DNA of 63,934 nucleotides, counting the filler, from Licmophora abbreviata (lineage: Eukaryota): assembly GCA_900291995.1 (NCBI GenBank). It is 13 parts of 13 records of this genome, joined end to end, with 100 filler letters (N's around TTAATTAATTAA, not from the genome) between each part and the next. Parts side by side here need not be neighbours in the genome. Positions count along the whole stretch, not along the records: positions 54,258 to 58,714 come from OLMU01001754.1; positions 58,815 to 62,750 come from OLMU01001755.1; positions 62,851 to 63,934 come from OLMU01001757.1; 10 more parts are not named here. One strand, written 5' to 3'. The notes beneath the pieces were generated by a model. The model worked only from the letters and a program-made list of their open reading frames with translations. It was not told where the DNA came from and searched no databases. The position numbers and the translations under genes are program-made. Each line of letters opens with the position of its first letter. Within the stretch, counting starts at the first letter, position 1. Below are positions 55,241-63,934 of the stretch, one piece after another.

Positions 55241-55425
55241 GCGGTTTCATCAAAGGTCTGCTGAGATTGCGCCGTGGTCCTTGGGAGATGGTGGCGTCGG
55301 TACTAATTGCGTTGGGCGTTGTGATGCTGATGCAGCCCATCTGGATCACGCTATACACATGGTCCTTTGTCATCACGTTGATCGGCACGGTGATGTTCAT
55401 CATCGTCAGCCATTTCCCGGAGTAA
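55237..55425 (+). CDS. 62-aa two-TM membrane protein
   Basis: ATGA coupling to the upstream gene, two hydrophobic helices, and it fills the space up to the next ATG. Confidence 0.8.
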   Translation: MSGFIKGLLRLRRGPWEMVASVLIALGVVMLMQPIWITLYTWSFVITLIGTVMFIIVSHFPE

Positions 55426-55428
55426 CCC

Positions 55429-56526
55429 ATGGCACAGATCAGAATTGAAAACGTGCGCAAGGAATTCGGGTCGTTCACCGCTGTCCAGTCTTCGACATTC
55501 ACGATCGAGGATGGCGAATTCTTTATGCTGCTGGGGCCGTCGGGTTGTGGCAAGACGACAACCTTGAGGATGATGGCCGGGTTGGAACTGCCGACATCGG
55601 GTCAGATCTATATCGACGGCGAAGAGGTCGGCCAGAAACCCGCAAGCCAGCGCGATATCGCGTTTGTCTTCCAGATGTTCGCGCTTTACCCGCATATGAA
55701 CGTGCGCGGCAACATCAGCTATCCGCTCAAAAGTCAGGGGATGCCTTCGGCCCAGATCAAGGCAAAAGTCGCCGAGGTGGCCGAGATTTTGGGGATCTCC
55801 GACATTCTGGACAGGCCGGTTGGGGGATTGTCGGGCGGGGATCGTCAGCGCGTTGCCCTTGGCCGTGCGATCGTGCGCGATCCCAAGGCGTTCTTCATGG
55901 ACGAACCGCTTGGTGCGCTGGATGCGGAATTTCGCGAGCGCATGTCCGAAGAGCTGCGCGCGCTGCATGATCGGATGAACGCCACAACTGTCTATGTGAC
56001 GCATGACCAACTCGAGGCCATGCAGATGGGCGACAAGATCGTCGTGATGAACCACGGGGTCGTGGAGCAGTTCGGCGTTCCGCAGGATATCTATGACTGG
56101 CCCGCCACCAGATTTGTGGCGCAGTTCATCGGATCGCCGCCGATGAATTTTCTGGAGTTCGAGGGGATGATCGGCGCAGGACAAGATGAGGTTCGGCTTG
56201 GCGATGCCACGATCGGCGTGCCGCGGAGTATCGATGGCAGGGCTGGAAAACTGACGCTCGGAGTGCGGCCGGAGCATGTGAGGCTGGATGACAGTGCGGC
56301 GTATCGTGGCAGGGTGCTGGCGACGGAATATCTTGGCACGACGCAGATCGTCACGATGGAAACCGCGCACGGAGCGGTGAAGGTGCGCGTTCCAAGCAGT
56401 GATCCCTTGACGCTTGGGGCGACAACCGGCTTGCGGTTCGATGCGCGCACGATCACGCTGTTTGAGAATGACCACGGGCGCGCCCTCACATCAGAGGCAA
56501 ACAGGAGGGTGCTGGGTCATGGCTGA
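55429..56526 (+). CDS. ABC ATP-binding protein (MalK-like)
   Basis: GPSGCGKT, LSGGDRQRVA, MDEPL and a TOBE domain. Confidence 0.95.
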   Translation: MAQIRIENVRKEFGSFTAVQSSTFTIEDGEFFMLLGPSGCGKTTTLRMMAGLELPTSGQIYIDGEEVGQKPASQRDIAFVFQMFALYPHMNVRGNISYPLKSQGMPSAQIKAKVAEVAEILGISDILDRPVGGLSGGDRQRVALGRAIVRDPKAFFMDEPLGALDAEFRERMSEELRALHDRMNATTVYVTHDQLEAMQMGDKIVVMNHGVVEQFGVPQDIYDWPATRFVAQFIGSPPMNFLEFEGMIGAGQDEVRLGDATIGVPRSIDGRAGKLTLGVRPEHVRLDDSAAYRGRVLATEYLGTTQIVTMETAHGAVKVRVPSSDPLTLGATTGLRFDARTITLFENDHGRALTSEANRRVLGHG

Positions 56527-57514
56527 AGTCTGTCTGACAGGGATCACCAAGCGTTTTGGCCAGGACGTGGCTCTTGACGATGTCACGATGACCATACCCG
56601 ATGGCTCGTTCGTTGTGCTGCTTGGTCCGACAGGAGCGGGCAAGACCACTACGTTGCGGATGGTATCGGGATTGGATGCGCCCGATCAGGGCCGGATCAC
56701 CATCGGTGGGCATGATATGGCTGGATTGACCCCGGCGCAGCGCGATGTGGCCATGGTGTTTCAGCAATATTCGCTTTATCCGCATATGACGGTTCGGCAA
56801 AACCTTGAATTCCCTCTGAAATCTCCGATTTTGCGCACGCCACAGGCGGATATCGACCGCAAAGTCGCCGAGATCGCCGAGATCCTGCAAATCTCGTCCA
56901 AGCTGGACAACAAGGCGACGGCGCTGTCGGGGGGCGAGATGCAGCGCGTGTCGATCGGGCGGGCGCTTGTGCGCAATCCGTCGGTCTATCTGATGGATGA
57001 GCCGCTGAGTTCGCTGGATGCCAAGCTGCGCGCCGATCTGCGGCTGGAATTGAAGTCCATTCAGGCGGATTCGGGCGCGACGCTGCTCTATGTGACGCAC
57101 GATCAGATCGAGGCGATGACGATGGCGACCCATGTGGGCGTTCTGGACAAGGGCCGGCTGGTGCAGTTCGGATCGCCCCGCGAGATCTATGAGAACCCGG
57201 TCAGCATTTATGCCGCCAGCCGTCTGGGCCAGCCGCGCATCAACATCCTTCCGGCGGATATTTTTGGCAGCGCGCCCTCGGGGGCGGCCAGCATCGGGCT
57301 GCGTCCTGAACAGATCGTGCAGGGCGAGGGGGAGGAAAGTCTTGTCCAGAGAGTCGAGCATCTGGGCGATCAGACGCGTCTGCATCTGACCTGCAAGTCG
57401 CATGACATCATCACCGTCACCGACGCGCATACCGAACTTAAACCGGGCGATATCGTCAGGATACGCCCGAGAAATCCATTCTATTTCGACGCAACCGGCG
57501 CGCGTCTGGCCTGA
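56519..57514 (+). CDS. Second ABC ATP-binding protein (MalK-like)
   Basis: GPTGAGKT, LSGGEMQRV and MDEPL. Confidence 0.95.
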   Translation: MAEVCLTGITKRFGQDVALDDVTMTIPDGSFVVLLGPTGAGKTTTLRMVSGLDAPDQGRITIGGHDMAGLTPAQRDVAMVFQQYSLYPHMTVRQNLEFPLKSPILRTPQADIDRKVAEIAEILQISSKLDNKATALSGGEMQRVSIGRALVRNPSVYLMDEPLSSLDAKLRADLRLELKSIQADSGATLLYVTHDQIEAMTMATHVGVLDKGRLVQFGSPREIYENPVSIYAASRLGQPRINILPADIFGSAPSGAASIGLRPEQIVQGEGEESLVQRVEHLGDQTRLHLTCKSHDIITVTDAHTELKPGDIVRIRPRNPFYFDATGARLA

Positions 57515-57525
57515 GGGAGGGAACC

Positions 57526-58925
57526 ATGGCCCAATTCATAAACAACAAAGATGCAATCGTCACCGAGGCGATCGACGGTGTGATCCAGGCGTCGGGCGGG
57601 CAGTTGGCCCGGCTGGACGGGTATCCCCATATCCGTGTCGTTGTGCGCGCCGACTGGGACAAGTCGCGGGTTGCCCTGGTGTCCGGCGGTGGCTCGGGGC
57701 ATGAGCCGGCCCATGCGGGTTTCGTGGGCGAGGGGATGCTGACCGCGGCTGTGTGCGGTGATGTCTTCGCCTCCCCTTCGGTCGATGCGGTGCTTGCGGG
57801 GATACTCGCGGTCACCGGGCCTGCAGGCTGTTTGCTGATCGTCAAGAATTACACAGGCGACCGGCTGAATTTCGGGCTGGCCGCCGAAAGGGCCCGGGCC
57901 TTCGGCTTGAACGTGAACATGGTGATCGTGGATGACGACATCGCTTTGCCCGATCTTCCCCAGCCGCGCGGTGTGGCGGGCACCCTGTTTGTGCACAAGA
58001 TCGCGGGTGCCATGGCCGAAAGTGGCGCCTCGCTCGAGGATGTGACGAAGGTGGCCGAGCATGTCGTGAAACACACGAAATCTATCGGAATGTCGCTGGA
58101 TACCTGCACCGTTCCCGGCTCGCCCAAGGAAAATCGCATCGGCGAAGGCAAGGCCGAGCTGGGTCTGGGCATCCATGGTGAGGCAGGGGTTCAGCAGATC
58201 GACTACCACAATGCCGAGCACGCCATCGCGGCGGTGACCGCCAAGCTGGCCGCGACGATGGAGAACAAGCCGCATGTCGTTTTGCTGAACAATCTCGGCG
58301 GGGCCTCTGTGCTGGAAATGGCGATCCTGGCCAATGAATTGGTGAAATCGCCTATCGGCAAGAACCTCAAACTGATGGTCGGGCCGGCGGCGCTTATGAC
58401 ATCGCTGGATATGCGCGGGTTTTCGGTGTCGGTCTATCCTCTGAGTGCCGAGGATCATGCGTGGTTGTCCGCGCCCTGCGCGCCCTCGGCCTGGCCGCGC
58501 TGCCAGACGATCCAGCCGGTCCGCGTGCTCGACCTGCCCGATGGACTGCGGCCCATTCAGCCGATCCCGTCCGAGCACCGCGAAACGGCGGCCTTTCTGA
58601 CCAAGTGCTGCCAGATCCTCATAGAGGCGGAATCCGATCTGAACGCGCTTGATGCCAAGTCCGGCGATGGCGATACCGGGTCCACCCTTGCCGGTGCCGC
58701 GCGGGCGCTGATCGNNNNNNNNNNNNNNNNNNNNNNNNNNNNNNNNNNNNNNNNNNNNTTAATTAATTAANNNNNNNNNNNNNNNNNNNNNNNNNNNNNN
58801 NNNNNNNNNNNNNNGTCCGCGCCAAGGCAGGGCGCGCGTCCTATATCAACGCAGCCCAGCTTGAGGGCCATGTCGATCCGGGCGCCGAGGCGGTTGCGCG
58901 GTTGTTCGAGCAGCTCGCGCCGTAA
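57526..58925 (+). CDS. Fused DAK1-DAK2 (DhaK-DhaL) ATP-dependent dihydroxyacetone/ketotetrose kinase (spans the gap at 58715-58814)
   Basis: GGGSGHEPAH, KNYTGD, GLGIHGE and GDGDTG; after the gap, GRASY..DPGAEAV..*. Confidence 0.93.
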
Positions 58926-59139
58926 CCCTGCGCAACCCGTCCGGGGCAGTGATCGAAACGGCTTGGCCGGGCAGCGCGACACGCTTCGGCGGACCACGCG
59001 CTTGCCCGCCCGCGCCGGGGGGGCAATGACGTGCGGCTGCGATGTGCCGGTGCCTGTTGATGAAGCCATGCAAGTCGCAACTCGTCTGTCATTCAGCGTT
59101 GGATGGTCTGTTTCCAGGTCCCTCAGTGATTTGAGGACC

Positions 59140-59420
59140 GACAATATCGTATGCTTCGCGGCGGGAAACCTGAGTGAGACGACTTGTGGTCTGAGGCCTG
59201 TCGAGGCTTTGCAAAAGAGCGATTTGGTCAACACATTGGAAGATCGCCCGCAGGAAATTCGTTGGATCGGTGGTGCGAAAGTCAAATGCATAGGGCCGCA
59301 CGCGCCTATAAGTATCAAGCGTGGCGCTATTCCCGGTCCTGTGCGTCCAGCGTTTTTGCGCGCGGGCTGAAAAAGGTGAATTGTGAAGCGGGTGCTTTGG
59401 TCTCATCGGACAAAGAAAAC
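59140..59420 (+). pseudogene. Degenerate Hint (BIL/Hint_2-type) domain remnant
   Basis: IVCFAAGNLSETTCGLRPVEALQKSDLVNTLEDRPQEIRWIG..APISIKRGAI follows the pattern CF..GT.I.T..G...VE.L..GD.V.T.D.G.Q.IRWIG..API.I..GA, then breaks down. Confidence 0.7.
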
Positions 59421-59526
59421 CGGATGAGAAGAGCCGTTATTGGCCCCTGTCATCGACTCGGGTGAAGAGACCTATCTTCTGGTGAGCCGGGGTGAATGCC
59501 GCAGTGCAGCATTTTTGACGCGGGAT

Positions 59527-59648
59527 TGGTGCACACAAAAGCGGCGCTGGGGACATTTCCGCTCATAGATTAATCAAAATGCCCCTTTTGGCGTCAGGCG
59601 GCGTAGACCGTCTCGTGGCACCTGCCGGTTTATGGCGCTTAGGATGCT
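59527..59648 (+). promoter_or_regulatory. Candidate nitrogen-regulated promoter of urt (NtrC-like boxes plus a -24/-12-like element)
   Basis: TGGTGCA half-site, degenerate GC-N-GC boxes, and TGGCGCTTAGGATGCT (GG-N10-GC) at 59633-59648. Confidence 0.4.
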
Positions 59649-59820
59649 TTGTCCGATCTTGGACGTGGACACCGACCAGCGGCCCCGGTCCGGGCAGACT
59701 AGAAACCGCTGGACGGTGGCAACATGGAAATGCTGCCGCGCGAATTTAGCAGGGGGTACGGTGAATGGAAACCCGATCCCCGACGCAAGCGCAGCCCTGA
59801 CACTGGGAGTTCAGAGCATA

Positions 59821-61104
59821 ATGAATACCAAGACATTGCTGGCCGGTCTGGCCGCAACCACAGCACTTTTTTCCGCACCTGCGCTGGCGCAGGATTGCCC
59901 CGTAAAAGTAGGCGTTCTGCATTCGCTGTCTGGCACAATGGCAATCTCGGAAACCACGCTGAAAGATACGGTTCTGATGTTGGTCGAGCAGCAGAACGCC
60001 AAGGGTGGCGTTCTGGGCTGCGAGATCGAAGCGGTTGTGGTTGATCCGGCTTCGGACTGGCCGCTGTTCGCCGAGAAGACGCGCGAGCTTCTGACTGTGA
60101 ACGAAGTGGACGTGATCTTCGGTTCATGGACAAGCGTCAGCCGCAAGTCGGCGCTGCCGGTGCTTGAAGAGCTGAACGGGCTGATGTTCTATCCGGTACA
60201 GTACGAGGGTGAGGAATCGTCGAAGAATGTGTTCTACACCGGTGCCGCGCCCAACCAACAGGCGATCCCGGCAGTGGATTATTTCCTTGAAGAGCTTGGC
60301 GTCGAAAGCTTTGCGCTGCTTGGAACCGACTATGTGTATCCCCGCACCACCAACAACATCCTGGAATCATATCTGAAATCCAAGGGCGTAGCCGAAGAGG
60401 ACATCTTCGTGAACTACACACCCTTCGGGCATTCCGACTGGGCGACGATCGTGTCGGATGTCGTGGCTCTTGGTGCATCGGGCAAGCAGGTTGGCGTGAT
60501 CTCCACGATCAACGGGGATGCAAATGTTGGCTTCTACAAAGAATTGGCCGCGCAGAATGTCAGCGCAGCGGATATTCCCGTGGTTGCCTTCTCGGTCGGC
60601 GAAGAGGAATTGTCGGGTCTCGATACGTCGAACCTTGTGGGTCACCTTGCGGCCTGGAATTACTTCCAGTCTGCGGATACCCCGGAAAATGCCGCGTTCA
60701 TCAGCGCATGGCATGACTATATCGGCGATACGGCCCGTGTGACCAATGACCCGATGGAGGCCCATTACATCGGTTTCAACATGTGGGTGAACGCCGTTGA
60801 GGCCGCAGGCACCACCGACGTCGATGCCGTGCGCGAGGCGATGTGGGGGCAGGAATTCCCCAACCTGACGGGCGGCATGGCGGTGATGAACGCCAACCAC
60901 CATCTGTCCAAGCCGGTGTTGATCGGTGAGATCCGCGACGACGGTCAGTTCGATATCATCAGCCAGACGGAAGAGGTGCCCGGTGATGCGTGGACCGATC
61001 ACCTGCCGGATAGTGCCGTTCTGAAAAGCGATTGGAAGGAACTCGGCTGCGGCATGTACAATGTCGAGACCAGCACCTGCGTGCAGATGACCTCGAACTA
61101 CTAA
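59821..61104 (+). CDS. urtA: Urea ABC transporter substrate-binding protein
   Basis: VGVLHSLSGTMAISE, WTSVSRK, YPVQYEG, GAAPNQQ and DYVYPRT. Confidence 0.96.
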   Translation: MNTKTLLAGLAATTALFSAPALAQDCPVKVGVLHSLSGTMAISETTLKDTVLMLVEQQNAKGGVLGCEIEAVVVDPASDWPLFAEKTRELLTVNEVDVIFGSWTSVSRKSALPVLEELNGLMFYPVQYEGEESSKNVFYTGAAPNQQAIPAVDYFLEELGVESFALLGTDYVYPRTTNNILESYLKSKGVAEEDIFVNYTPFGHSDWATIVSDVVALGASGKQVGVISTINGDANVGFYKELAAQNVSAADIPVVAFSVGEEELSGLDTSNLVGHLAAWNYFQSADTPENAAFISAWHDYIGDTARVTNDPMEAHYIGFNMWVNAVEAAGTTDVDAVREAMWGQEFPNLTGGMAVMNANHHLSKPVLIGEIRDDGQFDIISQTEEVPGDAWTDHLPDSAVLKSDWKELGCGMYNVETSTCVQMTSNY

Positions 61105-61180
61105 GGTAACGGCGCCGCGCGGGGTGTCATGTCCCGCGCGGCCCATCCATTCCATTTCCCCGATCAGGACCGGACGGATC

Positions 61181-62750
61181 ATGCGTTTCACCGCCCTTTT
61201 TGCCCGCGTCATTGCGACAGCGATGCTGTTTGTCTGCATTGTTGCGTGGCGTCCTAGCGATGTCGCTGCGCAAGAAACCCTGCAATCTGTCCTGCAGCCC
61301 TACAAGGCCGAACTGTCCAAGCCCTCGCGCCGGACCATCGGGCCGGTGATTGCGGCCCTTCTTGCGTCCGATCATCCCGCCATCTCTGACTTCCTGCGGA
61401 AATGGGAGGCGCGTGAGGTGTATCAACGCCCCGGTGACGGTCTGTTCTTCTATGCCGAGGATGCGGGCGATGCGCTCACTCTTGTCGACATCGACACCGG
61501 AGAGGCCGTGGGTCAGGTCGGCAGTCGTGAGGTGGATCAGATCAAGCCGAACGCGGGCGTGCAACGAGAAGTGGCCGCAGCGCTGGTGCCGTTCGAATTG
61601 AACGCTTCAGACCCCGCCCGTCGGGCCGCGGCGCTGGAGTCTATCGCAAGAAGCGCTGATGCCAGCCAGATCGAGCCTCTGGCCGCCAGCATCGACGGCG
61701 AACCAGATGCCGATCTGAAAACTCGCAAACAAAGGCTTTTGGCCCTTTTGACCGCTCAGTTCGGAGCGGATAAGGCGGATCGTCTGGCGGCGATCGACGC
61801 CCTGTCCGGGGATACCAGTATCGAGGCGCGCAGCGTTCTGAATCAATTGACCGCACGCCGGGACGCTGTTGCCAACACCGTGCCTGACGGCGCCAATATC
61901 GCCCGAGTTCTTGAGGTCGGCCAAGATATGACCCGGGCTGAAGCATATGACAGGCTGGTCGAGAAGGATCTTGCCCCGCCGCGACAGACTGCGGCGGAAT
62001 CGCGCGATGTTCTGGCTGAGCACATCGTAGAAGGCAAAGTTGGCGGTGTGCCGTTGCATCGTCTGAACACGGTCGAAAATCGCGCAATCGCATATGAGGC
62101 CCTTGAAGCCGCTGGCACGGTTCCGCCAAGAGCTTCAGACGAAGAGGTGGCGCGCGCCGTTGCGGCGTATGTATTCTACGAGGAATACCTTGAGCCGGAC
62201 CCTGATATCACCAACGCCGCAGAGGCAGCGCTGACTGCGACTTCGCGAATGCTGGCCGTCTACCAAACGCTGGATCTTGTGCTAGATGGAGTGTCGTTGG
62301 CGTCGATCTTTTTTCTGGCGGCGATCGGGCTGGCCATCACTTTTGGGGTGATGGGCGTCATCAACATGGCGCATGGCGAGTTCATCATGATGGGCGCCTA
62401 TACCGGCTATGTGGTGCAGTTGTTCATCCCCGATTACACACTCAGCCTGCTGGTCGCGCTGCCGCTGGCCTTTGCCGTGACATTTGGCGCGGGCGTGACA
62501 ATGGAGCGTCTGGTGATCCGGCATCTCTATACACGCCCGCTGGAAACCTTGCTGGCCACCTTCGGTATATCCATCGCCTTGCAGCAATTGGCCAAGAACA
62601 TCTTCGGCACGCAGGCGCGGCCCCTGACCGCACCCGACTGGCTGGGTGGGGCGATCACGCTGAACGATATCGTCGGCATCTCAACCATTCGTGTCGCGAT
62701 TTTCGTTCTCGCGCTGATCTTTCTGGCGCTGCTGCTTTATGTCCTCAAAC
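61181..62750 (+). CDS. urtB: Urea ABC permease with large periplasmic N-terminal domain, truncated by the gap
   Basis: GLAITFGVMGVINMAHGEFIM and LYTRPLETLLATFG. Confidence 0.93.
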
Positions 62751-62850
62751 NNNNNNNNNNNNNNNNNNNNNNNNNNNNNNNNNNNNNNNNNNNNTTAATT
62801 AATTAANNNNNNNNNNNNNNNNNNNNNNNNNNNNNNNNNNNNNNNNNNNN

Positions 62851-63264
62851 ATCCGTGACAACGAGGCGCGCGTGCGGTTTCTTGGCTACCATGTCGAGCA
62901 TTACAAGCTGGTGATCTTCACCCTGACGGCCATCGTTTCGGGATTGGCTGGGGCGCTCTATTATCCGCAGGCCGGTATCATCAACCCGGCTGAAATCGCA
63001 CCTATCGCGTCGATCTATCTGGCCGTCTGGGTGGCGATCGGGGGCCGTGGGCGCCTTTATGGCGCTGTGATCGGGGCGGCGGTGGTCAGCCTTGCGTCAA
63101 GCTGGTTCACGGGCGGAGGCGCGCCCGACATCGACCTTGGCTTCTACGTTATCAACTGGACCGATTGGTGGCTTGTTCTTCTGGGCCTTGGCTTTGTCGC
63201 AGTAACACTGTTCTTCCCGCGCGGTATCGGTGGGCTGTTCGACTACCTTGTGAGCGCCAAATGA
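62851..63264 (+). CDS. urtC: Urea ABC permease, 3' part
   Basis: IRDNEARVRFLGY, YYPQAGIINP and WVAIGGRG.LYGA. Confidence 0.92.
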   Translation: MRDNEARVRFLGYHVEHYKLVIFTLTAIVSGLAGALYYPQAGIINPAEIAPIASIYLAVWVAIGGRGRLYGAVIGAAVVSLASSWFTGGGAPDIDLGFYVINWTDWWLVLLGLGFVAVTLFFPRGIGGLFDYLVSAK

Positions 63265-63934
63265 CGACGCTTCTCGAAGTCTCGGGTGTTTCTGTCACGT
63301 TTGACGGGTTCCGGGCAATCAACAACCTGTCGATTCAGATCGCCGAGCCGGAACTACGGGCGGTGATCGGCCCCAATGGTGCGGGCAAAACCACATTCAT
63401 GGATATCGTGACCGGCAAGACACGCCCCGATGAGGGGCGCGTCATCTGGGGTGAAAAATCGGTGTCGCTTCTGGGGATGAGCGAAAGCGAGATCGCTCGC
63501 GCGGGCATTGGCAGAAAATTCCAGAAGCCTACGGTGTTCGAAGATCAGACCGTGCGTGAAAACCTTGCCATGGCCCTCAAGAACAAACGCGGACCGTTCG
63601 ACGTGCTGTTCTACCGGCGCACCCGGCATGCGGCCACCCGGATCGGAGAGATCGCGCAGGAGATAGGCCTGCTCGAGCAGTTGTCGAAGCGGGCAGGGGC
63701 GTTGAGCCATGGTCAGAAACAATGGTTGGAAATCGGGATGCTGCTGGCGCAGGATCCGCGGCTGTTGCTGGTCGATGAACCGGCGGCCGGGATGACGCCC
63801 GCAGAGCGGGAATACACCACCGATCTGCTCAAGCGCGCCGCCAAAACCCGCGCCGTCGTGGTGATCGAACATGACATGGAATTCGTGCGTCGCCTTGGCT
63901 GCAAGGTCACGGTGCTGCATGAGGGATCCGTGCT
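63261..63934 (+). CDS. urtD: Urea ABC ATP-binding protein, runs off the window end (absent from the ORF track)
   Basis: ATG at 63261: MTTLLEVSGVSVTFDGFRAIN..IGPNGAGKTT..GRKFQKP..LSHGQKQWLEIGM..VDEPAAGM..IEHDM. Confidence 0.95.
   Translation, partial: MTTLLEVSGVSVTFDGFRAINNLSIQIAEPELRAVIGPNGAGKTTFMDIVTGKTRPDEGRVIWGEKSVSLLGMSESEIARAGIGRKFQKPTVFEDQTVRENLAMALKNKRGPFDVLFYRRTRHAATRIGEIAQEIGLLEQLSKRAGALSHGQKQWLEIGMLLAQDPRLLLVDEPAAGMTPAEREYTTDLLKRAAKTRAVVVIEHDMEFVRRLGCKVTVLHEGSV

Noticed and set aside
59660..59712. Guanidine-III or glutamine riboswitch before urtA
   Set aside because: Only superficial pairing similarity; the conserved core nucleotides I recall for those families are not matched. 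Kept as an unassigned structured leader.
41306..63920. Long antisense or alternate-frame ORFs (e.g. 41306-42238 +, 43446-44486 -, 44972-46084 -, 55351-56475 -, 57481-58578 -, 63354-63920 -)
   Set aside because: These are shadow ORFs of GC-rich genes with clear family motifs on the opposite strand.
41208..63934. Large bacterial HGT island in the algal genome
   Set aside because: The junction is a linker, operon structure and prokaryotic signals are intact, and there are no introns or signs of amelioration. Co-assembly is the simpler explanation.
1..63934. CRISPR arrays, transposases, rRNA or tRNA genes
   Set aside because: No regularly spaced repeat-spacer structure, transposase or RT motifs, or recognisable structural RNA genes were seen by eye; short ncRNAs could have been missed.

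Overview
This window is a chimera of two genomes, stitched with twelve identical artificial 100-nt gap linkers (N44-TTAATTAATTAA-N44). Positions 1-41107 are compact eukaryotic nuclear DNA with short GT-AG introns of about 75-120 nt, most consistent with a diatom or other stramenopile. This part encodes two head-to-head CBS paralogs, an ERCC6L/PICH-like and a Rad5/HLTF-like SNF2 ATPase, NAC-beta, PCF11, ATP11, an FG nucleoporin, an omega-type GST, an NDUFAF7-like methyltransferase, RHL1 (topoisomerase VI accessory protein), an 11-exon Argonaute, MutY, a Gfo/Idh/MocA dehydrogenase, a 76-aa Tyr/Asn/Ser/Gly microprotein missed by the ORF track, a DUF229 protein, a malectin-IPT-propeller protein, D-cysteine desulfhydrase and a class 3 lipase. 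Positions 41208-63934 are intron-free, operon-organised, higher-GC alphaproteobacterial DNA (Rhodobacteraceae/Roseobacter-like). They carry an RpiR + TRAP + gamma-glutamylation cluster matching the ethanolamine-to-glycine pathway, a delta-class carbonic anhydrase, a LacI-controlled sugar/polyol ABC + DAK-kinase operon, a decayed Hint domain and urtABCD. The most unusual signals are (i) an Argonaute with an intact 5'-phosphate pocket but a lost slicer tetrad, a ~140-aa MID insertion, a 4-Cys PIWI insertion and a 1-nt frameshift just before the RDG motif, (ii) a MutY that lacks the [4Fe-4S] cysteines, (iii) the hidden microprotein and (iv) a multi-hairpin urtA leader. All identifications come from motif recognition by eye; no database searches were run.
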